From Patescibacteria group bacterium (GTDB taxonomy: Bacteria > Patescibacteriota > Patescibacteriia > JACRDY01), in the NCBI GenBank assembly GCA_041653535.1, contig JBAZFH010000002.1:257235-321234 (forward strand): 64,000 nt of DNA. The letters are read 5' to 3'. How positions within the stretch are numbered: the stretch's first letter is position 1; every line of letters begins with the position of its first letter. Below, piece after piece: positions 17,992-26,504 of the stretch. The position numbers and the translations under genes are program-made. The notes beneath the pieces were generated by a model. That model was given only the letters and a program-made list of their open reading frames with translations, did not search any database and was not told where the DNA came from.

Positions 17992-18550
17992 TTACTTGGG
18001 TTTTTTCTGCGTTTTTCCCTTGGGATTTTTGCTGCGCGCAGCAGCAACCAGCTGTTGCAGGGTCATGCCGCTGCTGATGATGTCGACGAGCTCTTCCAGA
18101 AGATCCGGTTTTTCTCGCAGTGTCGCCTTGGTTCTGGCTCGGACGTTGTCGTCGCCTTCGATCGGGACCTGGCGAATACGCGGTTTGGTCGCTTTACCTT
18201 CTTCGGCTGTTTTTTTCCAGAGCGTGATTGATAAAATTTTCAGCTCCGCCAAGGATTTTTTCGGCCAAATTGATCGCTCTGTCACCACGGTCTTTCAGCG
18301 TGTTGCCGGTCTTTTTGGCAAGGTTGAAAGTCTTTATGACTTTTTCGAACAGGGGAGAGTCTTCTTCGGTGAACTCGGCCGGGACGTGAATGAACTTTTC
18401 TTTGCCGCTGTTTTCAACGGTGAAATTAATTCCAGTCTCGGTAAAAATTTGGACGAATTTAGTGAACTGGGTGATGTCGTTGAAGGCAAAGACAATCGTC
18501 AGTTTTCCATTTTCGTCCGGGGATATAAAAACGTTTTTGTTACTTGCCAT
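17992..18550 (-). CDS. hypothetical protein, interrupted by a frameshift at an A7 tract (about 18213-18219 on plus strand = T7)
   Basis: ORFs 18194-18550 and 17992-18288 overlap in different frames. Removing one A in the minus-strand A7 run joins ...NHALEK to TAEEGKATKPRIRQVPIEGDD... into a protein of about 186 aa. Confidence 0.4.
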
Positions 18551-19040
18551 GACCCTTGGCTCCTTTTTGTTGTTTTTGCATCAGGTTGTCAAAAATTTTG
18601 TTGTAGGCTTTCACATAGGTGACCCAGACTGTGTTTGCGGAGGCGTAGGTGCCTTCCGCATTTTTTAGACCTGTCCAATTTTGCAGCCCGTAATATTTTT
18701 GTTTTTGTTGCCAAAATTTTTCCAATTTTTCGGTGGTCATATCTTTTCTTTTGGCAATGTTCAAAATTTCATATGGATCGGTCAGGTTTTTTATCCTTCT
18801 CACTTCATTTTTTACCCAAAGGATTAACCGCGGATCAACGGCGGTCCGTGGTTCGGGCAATGTTTTACCGGTAAGAAGGGTAAATATCCGTCTGCCGGCA
18901 CGGCGAATGTCATAAGGGAGTAATAAGTCGGGGATGTCGGTTCTTTTGATCCCATAGTCTTCGTCGCCGGTGGTGATCAGCATGATGTCGCGGTAAAGAT
19001 TGTCGAGACGATTAACAACGAGATTTACCTTTTTAGGCAT
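18540..19040 (-). CDS. hypothetical protein (start MPKKVNLVV, RBS GGAGGT)
   Basis: ATG (complement of 19038-19040) is preceded by GGAGGTAAT. The ORF track's longer N-terminus lacks an RBS. Confidence 0.5.
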   Translation of the reverse strand: MPKKVNLVVNRLDNLYRDIMLITTGDEDYGIKRTDIPDLLLPYDIRRAGRRIFTLLTGKTLPEPRTAVDPRLILWVKNEVRRIKNLTDPYEILNIAKRKDMTTEKLEKFWQQKQKYYGLQNWTGLKNAEGTYASANTVWVTYVKAYNKIFDNLMQKQQKGAKGHGK

Positions 19041-19214
19041 TATTACCTCCTTACAGTGGGGGATTGATTTGTATGTCAACGAACTTGGAATTGGTCTTTA
19101 AAGTTATCAAAATGGGGGTTTAATGTCAATTGAGGGAATTAGGGGCTGGGAACTAGGAACTGGGAACTGGGGGTTGGGGATGGGTGTGGATAAGACGGTT
19201 ATTGACGTTTTTAG

Positions 19215-19248
19215 TTAGTGTGTTAGTATGTGTATAGAATACACTAAG
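19215..19248. promoter_or_regulatory. palindromic operator candidate TTAGTGTgttagtatGTGTATagaATACACTAAG immediately upstream of nrtR
   Basis: Nested inverted repeats (GTGTAT-N3-ATACAC inside TTAGTGT...ACACTAA), ending 7 nt before the nrtR ATG. Related to the site before pnuC. Confidence 0.5.
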
Positions 19249-19255
19249 ATAAAAT

Positions 19256-19933
19256 ATGGTCAAGAAATTAACCAAAAAATACAAATTTGCCACTATTGCT
19301 ACCGATGTGGTTATTTTTACCATCAAAGACGAAAAGCCGCAGGTACTACTGATTAAGATGAAGAAAAAACCTTTTGCTGACTCGTGGGCAGTACCGGGCG
19401 GGTTAGTACATGGTGATGAATCGGTTGACCGAGCGGCACGCCGTCATCTTTTTTCTAAAACCGGTCTCAAAGACGTTTATCTCGAACAGCTTTATACTTT
19501 TGGTAGTGTTGATCGCGATCCTTTTGGTCGGGTAGTGTCGGTTGCTTATTTTGCCCTGATTCCGAATGCCGACTTGAAACTAAAAACCACCAGTGAATAT
19601 GCCGGAGTGCAATGGTGTCCGGTAGATAAATTGCCAAAACTTGCCTATGACCACAAAGAGGTGGTGAGTAAAGCGGTAGAAAGACTGCAGGCTAAACTTG
19701 GTTATACCAATATTGTTTTTGGGCTGCTACCGCCAGAGTTTACTTTGTCGGAGCTACAAAAGACTTACGAAATAATACTCGGTAAGAAATTAGATAAAAG
19801 AAACTTTCGCAAAAAATTGTTTAGTCTGAAACTGGTGCAAAGTACCGGTGGTCGCAAAGCGGGGGATGCTAATAGACCGGCTGAGCTTTATCGTTTTGCC
19901 AGCAAACACCCGCAGCTAATCGAGATCCTTTAA
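19256..19933 (+). CDS. nrtR: Nudix-related transcriptional regulator NrtR-like (degenerate Nudix domain plus C-terminal winged-helix region)
   Basis: Nudix-like segment GGLVHGDESVDRAARRHLFSKTGL. Length about 225 aa. It heads a pnuC-nadR operon, the classic NrtR context. Confidence 0.55.
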   Translation: MVKKLTKKYKFATIATDVVIFTIKDEKPQVLLIKMKKKPFADSWAVPGGLVHGDESVDRAARRHLFSKTGLKDVYLEQLYTFGSVDRDPFGRVVSVAYFALIPNADLKLKTTSEYAGVQWCPVDKLPKLAYDHKEVVSKAVERLQAKLGYTNIVFGLLPPEFTLSELQKTYEIILGKKLDKRNFRKKLFSLKLVQSTGGRKAGDANRPAELYRFASKHPQLIEIL

Positions 19934-19958
19934 TTCCTTTTTATTTTTTATCCAGAGT

Positions 19959-19977
19959 TAGTGTAATAAATACACTA
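19959..19977. promoter_or_regulatory. palindrome TAGTGTA-ataaa-TACACTA upstream of pnuC (candidate NrtR box)
   Basis: Perfect 7-bp inverted repeat with a 5-nt spacer. Shares GTGTA...TACAC half-sites with the nrtR-upstream site. Confidence 0.5.
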
Positions 19978-20016
19978 TAAAGATATAAATAATCTAATAA
20001 ATAAAGAAAAAAGCAT

Positions 20017-20601
20017 ATGAGTATCTTTGAAATCATCGGAGTGATATTTGGTGTCTGGTCAGTATATCTGACTGTAAAACAAAAAGTACTCAGTTGGCCG
20101 GTGGGGCTAGTCAGCGTCGTGGCGCTAGGCATAATGTTTTTCCAGATAAAACTTTACGCTGATGCCATGGAGCAGATTTATTACGTCATTACCGGCTTTG
20201 TCGGCTGGTATCTATGGAAATATGGGGGAGAGAAAAAAAGCGAACTAAAGGTTTCGCTACTAAACAACAAGCAGCGAGTGATCGGCGCCGGGATTGTCTT
20301 GGCACTATCAGCAGTACTTGGATATTTGCTCGACACTTATACCGACGCTTCACTGCCTTATCTGGATTCAGTCACTACAGTCATGAGTCTATGCGCGCAG
20401 CTACTGCTCACTAAAAAGATTTTCGAAAACTGGATTTTATGGATTATCGTCGACGTCATGGCACTTGGTATTTATACCTATAAAGGCGTCTATCTGACTA
20501 CCGGTCTTTACGTCATTTACCTAGTATTAGCTAGCGGCGGTTTTGTGCAGTGGTATAAATCACTAGTCGCTAACAAAAAGTATGTCAAAGAAACCATCTA
20601 A
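20017..20601 (+). CDS. pnuC: nicotinamide riboside transporter PnuC
   Basis: About 194 aa, 7-TM pattern. N-terminus IFEIIGVIFGVWSVYLTVKQKVLSWPVGLV is typical of PnuC. Confidence 0.75.
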   Translation: MSIFEIIGVIFGVWSVYLTVKQKVLSWPVGLVSVVALGIMFFQIKLYADAMEQIYYVITGFVGWYLWKYGGEKKSELKVSLLNNKQRVIGAGIVLALSAVLGYLLDTYTDASLPYLDSVTTVMSLCAQLLLTKKIFENWILWIIVDVMALGIYTYKGVYLTTGLYVIYLVLASGGFVQWYKSLVANKKYVKETI

Positions 20602-21649
20602 AAATCAAACTACTGGACTCGTGCTCGGCAAATTTGCTCCGTTTCACGCTGGGCACCAGTATCTGGTGGAAACCGCAATCAAGCAAACCGACAGGGTGAT
20701 TGTCCTGATTTACAATTGTCCGGAAACAATCGATATACCGCTTGATGTCCGTGCCGAATGGATTCGACAAATTTATCCGCAAGTGGAAGTGATAGAGGCT
20801 TGGGATGGACCGACCGAGTCAGGGCACGATCCGCGAGTGATAAAATTAAACGAAGATTATATTTTGCAAAAAATAAAAGAGCCGATCACGCATTTTTTTT
20901 GCAGTGAGTGGTATGGCGATCATGTTAGCAAGGCGCTTGGCGCTATTAACTGCGTGGTGGATGAGAAAAGAGAAACTTTTCCGGTGTCGGGAACGATAAT
21001 TCGTTCCAACCCACATGTTTACAAAAAATTTTTACATCCGGTGGTTTACAAAGACTTTGTAAAGAAAATTGTTTTTCTTGGTGCCGAGTCAACCGGTAAA
21101 ACCACCATTACTAGAGAGCTAGCCAAAATTTACAAAACCGAGTGGATGCCGGAACTAGGCAGAGAGTATTGGGAAAAAAACCAAATAGACGGAAAACTCT
21201 CGGAAGAGCAGCTGCTAGATCTAGCCTATCAGCATATAGAAAAAGAAGAAGAACTCCTTTTACGAGCGAACAGATATTTTTTTGCTGATACTAATGCTAT
21301 AACCACGGCAATGTTTTCCCGCTATTATCACGGTCATATCCATCCGCAACTGGAGTGTCTGGCAAGAAGAGTGGAATCTCGCTACGATTTGTATTTTGTT
21401 TGTGATATAGATATCCCTTATGAAGACGATGGTGCCAGGTCCGGCGCCGATCACAGACTAATTTTTCAGCAGCAGATAATAGAGGACCTAGAAAGAAGGG
21501 GGATAAACTATATTTTACTTCGTGGCGACTTGGGACAGCGGATGAGACGGGTAAGAGAATATCTAAACATGCTAGAAAAAGATCAAAAAATAGAGGAGAA
21601 TATTGGTTTTTTCTTGTATTTTAGTAAGATGTTAAGACAATTTGGCTAA
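20582..21649 (+). CDS. nadR: bifunctional NMN adenylyltransferase / ribosylnicotinamide kinase (NadR-like, no HTH domain)
   Basis: N-terminal (H/T)xGH motif GKFAPFHAGH (compare H. influenzae NadR GKFYPLHTGH). C-terminal P-loop kinase IVFLGAESTGKTTITRELA. Confidence 0.7.
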   Translation: MSKKPSKNQTTGLVLGKFAPFHAGHQYLVETAIKQTDRVIVLIYNCPETIDIPLDVRAEWIRQIYPQVEVIEAWDGPTESGHDPRVIKLNEDYILQKIKEPITHFFCSEWYGDHVSKALGAINCVVDEKRETFPVSGTIIRSNPHVYKKFLHPVVYKDFVKKIVFLGAESTGKTTITRELAKIYKTEWMPELGREYWEKNQIDGKLSEEQLLDLAYQHIEKEEELLLRANRYFFADTNAITTAMFSRYYHGHIHPQLECLARRVESRYDLYFVCDIDIPYEDDGARSGADHRLIFQQQIIEDLERRGINYILLRGDLGQRMRRVREYLNMLEKDQKIEENIGFFLYFSKMLRQFG

Positions 21650-21824
21650 ATCTTGACATTTTATATCTATTATGTTAAGTTTTGGGGTTAGAGCTGACGG
21701 TATTTAACACGTAGAAAAACAAAGAAAAAAGTAGCTAAAATCTGGCTAATTTTTTCTAGCTTTGATTGCAAATATCAAGGCTGAAGTGAACATTAAATTC
21801 AAAAACGAAGAAGGGAGGATATAG

Positions 21825-22622
21825 ATGGATGTTTTGTCTCGAAACAATGGGGTAACGACGATAACTTCGGATAGGGGTTTTACCAAGTCGTTTGCTCCGG
21901 GTCGGGTGTTTTTGCCCGATGAGTATCCGGAAGTGCTGCAGAAGTTTCTGCAGGGTCCAAACGTCGTGGTCATCGGCTTGACCGGCTATTCGTCGATCAA
22001 GTCCGAGCATTGTGCTCGTTGGGGGATTAAGCCCGGCGCTTATGAGTATGCGGTTCATAGCATGCTTACCAATTTAGTGAATGAACTGCGTACCGCCTAT
22101 CCCGGCATCGATATTCGCTTTGTCCACGGCGCTTCGGATATGGGCGTGGACAAGGAAGTTATTGCAGTCGGTGAAGAGCTTGGTGTCCCGCAACTCGGAT
22201 TTTCTTGTCCGGAATTTCTGTCATACGTCGACAACGAAAATCATGACTTTCCGATCTACGTCGGCGCCGATCAAGCGGACTACTCGGACAAGTTCATCCA
22301 GGCACTCGATATTCTAGTTGCGGCCAATGGTCGTAAGCAGGCGTTCATCCACGATATGTCGGCGGCGCTTAGCCACGCTAAATACATCGTGCCGATCAAT
22401 ATCGTGCAGGCGATTTCCAGTACTGGTGGTCCGGCAGCCATCAACGAAGACGGTACGATCGAAGACGCAACCGAGCTGTTTTATCAGCGGGTTGTCTATT
22501 TAGCTATCCAGTTTGGCATCGCCGGACAGGATGTCTGGGCTGAGCTCAACCAGAAACTTACCCAGGCGATCAAGGCAATCACTCGTAAGATTTTGCCGGC
22601 AAACGCTGCTTTTCCTATTTAA
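21825..22622 (+). CDS. hypothetical Rossmann-fold protein, SLOG/DprA/LOG-like (nucleotide-binding)
   Basis: VVVIGLTGYSS...FVHGASDMGVD...LGFSCPEF resembles the DprA/SLOG glycine-rich loops (compare DprA in this window: LAVVGTRR...SGLARGIDSTAH...LGTGLD). Embedded in the NAD island. Confidence 0.3.
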   Translation: MDVLSRNNGVTTITSDRGFTKSFAPGRVFLPDEYPEVLQKFLQGPNVVVIGLTGYSSIKSEHCARWGIKPGAYEYAVHSMLTNLVNELRTAYPGIDIRFVHGASDMGVDKEVIAVGEELGVPQLGFSCPEFLSYVDNENHDFPIYVGADQADYSDKFIQALDILVAANGRKQAFIHDMSAALSHAKYIVPINIVQAISSTGGPAAINEDGTIEDATELFYQRVVYLAIQFGIAGQDVWAELNQKLTQAIKAITRKILPANAAFPI

Positions 22623-22661
22623 CCGTTGATGATAGTCACACGAAAGGAAAGGAGATTTCCG

Positions 22662-23411
22662 ATGAAAAATGTTACTATTGGTCCGCATGACGCGGTCATT
22701 GCCGTCGATTTGTTTCAGAAGGCTTTTCGCTTCGGTGGCGGATTGCCGATAGTGGGCGGTGATGGTTTGGTTATTCCGGCGATTAACTTTATTTCCCTGC
22801 CGTGGGGATATGTTGTTGCCAGTATTGACCAGCATCAGCTGGGAAATATTTCTTTCGCCAGCTCGTACCGAAACGTGCCGGTACCGAAAATCGGTTATCC
22901 GGAAATAACCCTGGAGATGGTACGGAAAAACTGGGCGGATTATTACGTCGGTCCGGCTGCCAAGTTTACCGCGAAGCAGTTGGTTGATTATTTGGAAAAC
23001 GTCGTTTCCTGCTCGCAGGTTCTCTGGCCGAACCATGGTACGGTCGAAGCCGGTGACGGTGTTATTAGTCCGCCGTTTATCGAAGTGTCGCTCGACTACA
23101 TTCTGTTCAAGGGAACAGATGTGTTATGTGACAGCTACTCCGCTTTTGTCGACAATCTCGGTCGTCCGACCGGTCTTGCCGATGAATTGCGTCGATGCGG
23201 TATTAAGCGCGTTTTTTTGATTGGACTTGCTTTCGACTATTGCGTCGGTTGGTCAGCGCTCGACGGCGTGAAGGAAAGTTTCGAGGTCTACATTGTTGAA
23301 AATCTGACCAAGTCGGTCGGCTTTCCGGCTAATTCGGTCGAAGCGATGCGCGAGCAGCTTCTCGCGACCGGGGTGAAAATCATCACCACCGCCGACATCT
23401 CGACGATGTAA
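22662..23411 (+). CDS. pncA: nicotinamidase / isochorismatase-family hydrolase
   Basis: Catalytic-Cys context FLIGLAFDYCVGWS (compare PncA GIATDYCV). RBS AAGGAG before the ATG at 22662. Confidence 0.65.
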   Translation: MKNVTIGPHDAVIAVDLFQKAFRFGGGLPIVGGDGLVIPAINFISLPWGYVVASIDQHQLGNISFASSYRNVPVPKIGYPEITLEMVRKNWADYYVGPAAKFTAKQLVDYLENVVSCSQVLWPNHGTVEAGDGVISPPFIEVSLDYILFKGTDVLCDSYSAFVDNLGRPTGLADELRRCGIKRVFLIGLAFDYCVGWSALDGVKESFEVYIVENLTKSVGFPANSVEAMREQLLATGVKIITTADISTM

Positions 23412-23457
23412 AAAAAACAACACGTGCGGAGGGTGCTCTACGGAGTACCTTCCGCCC

Positions 23458-23520
23458 TAGAAAATTTGCACCAAAGAAATTTGGTTCAAGCTTTCTGGTC
23501 ACAACCACACGGCTGCGGCC
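23458..23520 (+). promoter_or_regulatory. conserved about 60-bp promoter/operator module, copy 1; core 24-bp palindrome TTGCACCAAA-GAAA-TTTGGTTCAA at 23466-23489
   Basis: AGAAAATTTGCACCAAAGAAATTTGGTTCAAGCTTTCTGGTCACAAC... Near-identical copies at 24750-24812 and 26380-26440. Each copy follows a GC hairpin and precedes a gene start by about 80 bp. Confidence 0.6.
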
Positions 23521-23600
23521 TAAAATGTTCTTTAAATTTCAGTTACTCATAAATCAACCAACCAACTTTTGTCCAAAAAAGTTCAGAAAGGGGATAGAAA

Positions 23601-24701
23601 ATGGTGAACAGAAGTAGGGAAGATTTTTTGCTTAGCCGTGTTTACGCGGCGCTCGTTGGTCTATGGATCGGCGATGGCATGGGTATGCCGGTGGAAATGA
23701 TGACACCGGAGCAGATCAAAGAGACAGTCGGTCGAGTCACTGGGTTTATTACGCCGGTGCAAAGGCATATCGGAGGCACGGCCTTCCTTCCGGCAGGTCA
23801 CTGGACCGATGACTGGCAGTTGGCGCGCGCTATTTTGCGGTCGCTAGTTGAATCTGGCGGCTACAACATCAATGATATCGTCGGGCAGCATTTGCTCGCC
23901 CTGAAAGAATCGACCATAGGATGGGGCAAGGCGACCAAAAACGAGCTTCTGAATATCCAGCGGTTTTTCGAAACCGGTGGGACCGAAGGTCGTAATCCAG
24001 CCACTTCGCCGCAGTTGATCGCCGGCCAGGGTACTGGCAATGGCGTGGCGATGAAAATCGCTGCGCTCGCGCTGTACCAAGTGTTGAAACAAGGCGGCTT
24101 TTATCGGCTGCCGCTCGTTACCCAAGTGAAAGAAGTGGGTCTACTGACTCACGCTGATCCTCGGGCGAGCGTTGCGGCGTTTGCTGTCGCCGCGGTGATT
24201 GGCATGGTTATGGAAAAGCCTTTTGAGCTTTTTTGGCCTGCCAAAAAATTTCAGCAGCAAAGGTTTTTGCGGCGGCTGATCGCTCTGACCGAATGGGCCG
24301 AGCAAGACGGTGGTTTGAAAAGCGTCAATTACACTGACCAGTTTTTTTCCGAAGCACTTGGTTATCTGGCTAGCAACAATGGATTACTCCTCGAAGGGTC
24401 GGAATATTTGCGCAAAATCGGTACGAACTGTTTCGCCTTGAATTCGGTGCCGTTTGCAATCGGTGTATTCTTGCGTCACCCGACAGACTTTCGCGCTGGA
24501 GTGCTTGAAGCGATCAACGCCGGCGGCGATACCGACACGACCGCGGCCATGGTTGGCGCGATGATCGGAGCCAACGTTGGTTTGGAAGGTATTCCTCTGG
24601 AGTGGCGACACTTTTTGATGGAACACTATAGCGATGACTACGGCGAATTGCTTTCCTTGGGCAGTGCGCTTTTCATGCAGGCCACGGGGAAGGTTGAGTA
24701 A
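23601..24701 (+). CDS. ADP-ribosylglycohydrolase family protein (DraG/ARH-like)
   Basis: N-terminal ALVGLWIGDGMGMPVEMM (the G.xGDAxG.P.E metal-site motif) and C-terminal GGDTDTTAAMVGAM. Confidence 0.7.
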   Translation: MVNRSREDFLLSRVYAALVGLWIGDGMGMPVEMMTPEQIKETVGRVTGFITPVQRHIGGTAFLPAGHWTDDWQLARAILRSLVESGGYNINDIVGQHLLALKESTIGWGKATKNELLNIQRFFETGGTEGRNPATSPQLIAGQGTGNGVAMKIAALALYQVLKQGGFYRLPLVTQVKEVGLLTHADPRASVAAFAVAAVIGMVMEKPFELFWPAKKFQQQRFLRRLIALTEWAEQDGGLKSVNYTDQFFSEALGYLASNNGLLLEGSEYLRKIGTNCFALNSVPFAIGVFLRHPTDFRAGVLEAINAGGDTDTTAAMVGAMIGANVGLEGIPLEWRHFLMEHYSDDYGELLSLGSALFMQATGKVE

Positions 24702-24749
24702 CTAAACAAACACGCGGCGGGCGTCTTTATAAAAAGGGCGTCCGCCGAC

Positions 24750-24812
24750 AGAAAATTTGTACTAAAGAAATTTGGTTCAAGCTTTCTAGTCGTAACCAAG
24801 GTTGTGACTAAA
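24750..24812 (+). promoter_or_regulatory. conserved promoter/operator module, copy 2; palindrome TTGTACTAAA-GAAA-TTTGGTTCAA at 24757-24780
   Basis: CAGAAAATTTGTACTAAAGAAATTTGGTTCAAGCTTTCTAGTCGTAACCAAGGTTGTGACT, with a downstream hairpin AGTCGTAACC/GGTTGTGACT. Confidence 0.6.
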
Positions 24813-24854
24813 ACGAACTTTACAACAAAATTTTTACGATAAAGGAGCAAAAGG

Positions 24855-26333
24855 ATGAAAATCGACAAAAATGACATTGCGGTTTACGGCGGCAGTTTTA
24901 GCCCGCCGGGAAACCACCATGTGAAGGTAGTGGAGGTGCTAATCGAAGCAGGGTTTCGGCGAATCATCGTCGTTCCTTGCGGCTATCGCGATGACAAAAA
25001 AACCCGAACTAACGACATCGAAAAACTGCATCGAGCAGTAATGTCGGATATGGCTTTTGGTCATTTGCCCGGTGTCGAGGTCGACCTGTTTGATCTTGAA
25101 AAAGACGTTTTTACCAGAACGTGGGATTTGGAACGTCGTTACAAAAACCAGGGTCGGGTTTGGCACGTCATCGGCGCTGATATGATCATCGGCGGGCGCG
25201 CTGGTGAGTCGGAAATCCAGCGGGAATGGGAACACGGCCGCGAACTGTGGAACAAGTCCAACTTCGTGGTTTTCACCCGTGATGGCTACAATCTTTTGAA
25301 AGAAGATTTACCGCCGCATAATGTGGTAATGACGGCAGCGGTAGAGACTGCAAAATCCAGTACGGAAATTCGGCGCGCTATCGCCGCTCACGAATCAATC
25401 GCTGATATGACCCCGCCGCTAGTGACGGATTATATCGAAAGATATCGTCTGTACAGTGCTGGGTTAACCGTGCGCAGCGGAGAAATAAATATTCATTCGC
25501 CGCGCCTTTTGATTATTTCTGATCCGGATAATTTGCGGGCGCAAGAGATAGCACGATATTTTTCGCGCTTTGCTTGTCCGCAAAAACCGAATATGATTTT
25601 GGTTGTCGGCGGCGACGGCACGATGCTGCGGGCGGTCAGAGAAAATTGGCGAAAACGTTTGCCGTTTTTTGGTATTAACGCCGGTCATCTGGGATTTTTG
25701 CTCAACCGTATCGAGGCATTGCCGGAAGAGTGGGAAGACGTTTTTGTTTCGCCATTTGTAGTGCATCAGTCGCCGTTGCTTTACGTGGAAACACGAAAGC
25801 ATCTGCATGATTGGAAAGGCGCTTTTGCCGTCAACGATGCCTGGGTGGAGCGGCAGACGCTGCAAGCCGCCTGGATCGAGCTGATTGTTCGTCAGCGCGC
25901 CAACGGTCATGTGACAACCGAAGAGTGGCATCTGGATAAACTGGTCGGTAATGGCGCGCTTGTTTCCACGGCAGCCGGGTCGACCTCTTATGCCCAACCG
26001 ATGGGTGCTCCGGCGATGTTAGTCGGTTCACCGCATTTGGTCTTGGTGGGAGACGATGTAAAATTTCCTGCCAACTGGGAGTATTCGACATTGGACTTGA
26101 ATCAAGAAGTTGAAATGGTCGGTTTGGACGGTAAAAAACGTCCTTTGCGTGGTTCGGTCGACGGTGTGGATTTGGGTCGAGTTCAAGCCATGCGGGTTCG
26201 TACTTCCAACATCGCCGCCGCCGAATTTGTTTTTGTCAAAGGGCAAGACCTGGCAGGAAAATTGGAAGAAATCCAATTTCCCGGAGCGATCAGTTCATCG
26301 GGCTGGCGCAAGAGGCCGACGACAAATTCGTAA
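24855..26333 (+). CDS. fusion protein: N-terminal nicotinate/nicotinamide-mononucleotide adenylyltransferase (NadD/NMNAT-like) plus C-terminal NAD+ kinase (NadK)
   Basis: N-terminal VYGGSFSPPGNHH (cytidylyltransferase (H/T)xGH motif). C-terminal NAD kinase motifs VVGGDGTMLRAV, INAGHLGFL and GSTSYAQPMGAP (GGDGT / NxGxLGFL / DGxxxxTxxGSTAYSxSAGG). Confidence 0.65.
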   Translation: MKIDKNDIAVYGGSFSPPGNHHVKVVEVLIEAGFRRIIVVPCGYRDDKKTRTNDIEKLHRAVMSDMAFGHLPGVEVDLFDLEKDVFTRTWDLERRYKNQGRVWHVIGADMIIGGRAGESEIQREWEHGRELWNKSNFVVFTRDGYNLLKEDLPPHNVVMTAAVETAKSSTEIRRAIAAHESIADMTPPLVTDYIERYRLYSAGLTVRSGEINIHSPRLLIISDPDNLRAQEIARYFSRFACPQKPNMILVVGGDGTMLRAVRENWRKRLPFFGINAGHLGFLLNRIEALPEEWEDVFVSPFVVHQSPLLYVETRKHLHDWKGAFAVNDAWVERQTLQAAWIELIVRQRANGHVTTEEWHLDKLVGNGALVSTAAGSTSYAQPMGAPAMLVGSPHLVLVGDDVKFPANWEYSTLDLNQEVEMVGLDGKKRPLRGSVDGVDLGRVQAMRVRTSNIAAAEFVFVKGQDLAGKLEEIQFPGAISSSGWRKRPTTNS

Positions 26334-26379
26334 AAATCAAACAAGTGGAGGGTGTTACCATAAGGCGCGCCCTCCACTA

Positions 26380-26440
26380 TAGAAAATTTGCACCAAAGAA
26401 ATTTGGTTCAAGCTTTCTGGTCACAACTACGGTTGCGGCC
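26380..26440 (+). promoter_or_regulatory. conserved promoter/operator module, copy 3; palindrome TTGCACCAAA-GAAA-TTTGGTTCAA at 26388-26411
   Basis: Identical to copy 1 over about 45 nt. Preceded by hairpin GTGGAGGGTG...CGCCCTCCAC. Confidence 0.6.
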
Positions 26441-26504
26441 AAAAAAGAACATTACAATAAACCAAAGGAAAAACAGTAATAATTGCGAGACAAGGAGAAA
26501 AAAG

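Noticed and set aside
26388-26504. Longer N-terminal extension for pncB starting at 26388
   Set aside because: The extension overlaps the conserved operator module and has no RBS. The ATG at 26505 is preceded by AAGGAGAAAAAAG and begins the conserved IIQSLLDMDFYKFTM N-terminus.
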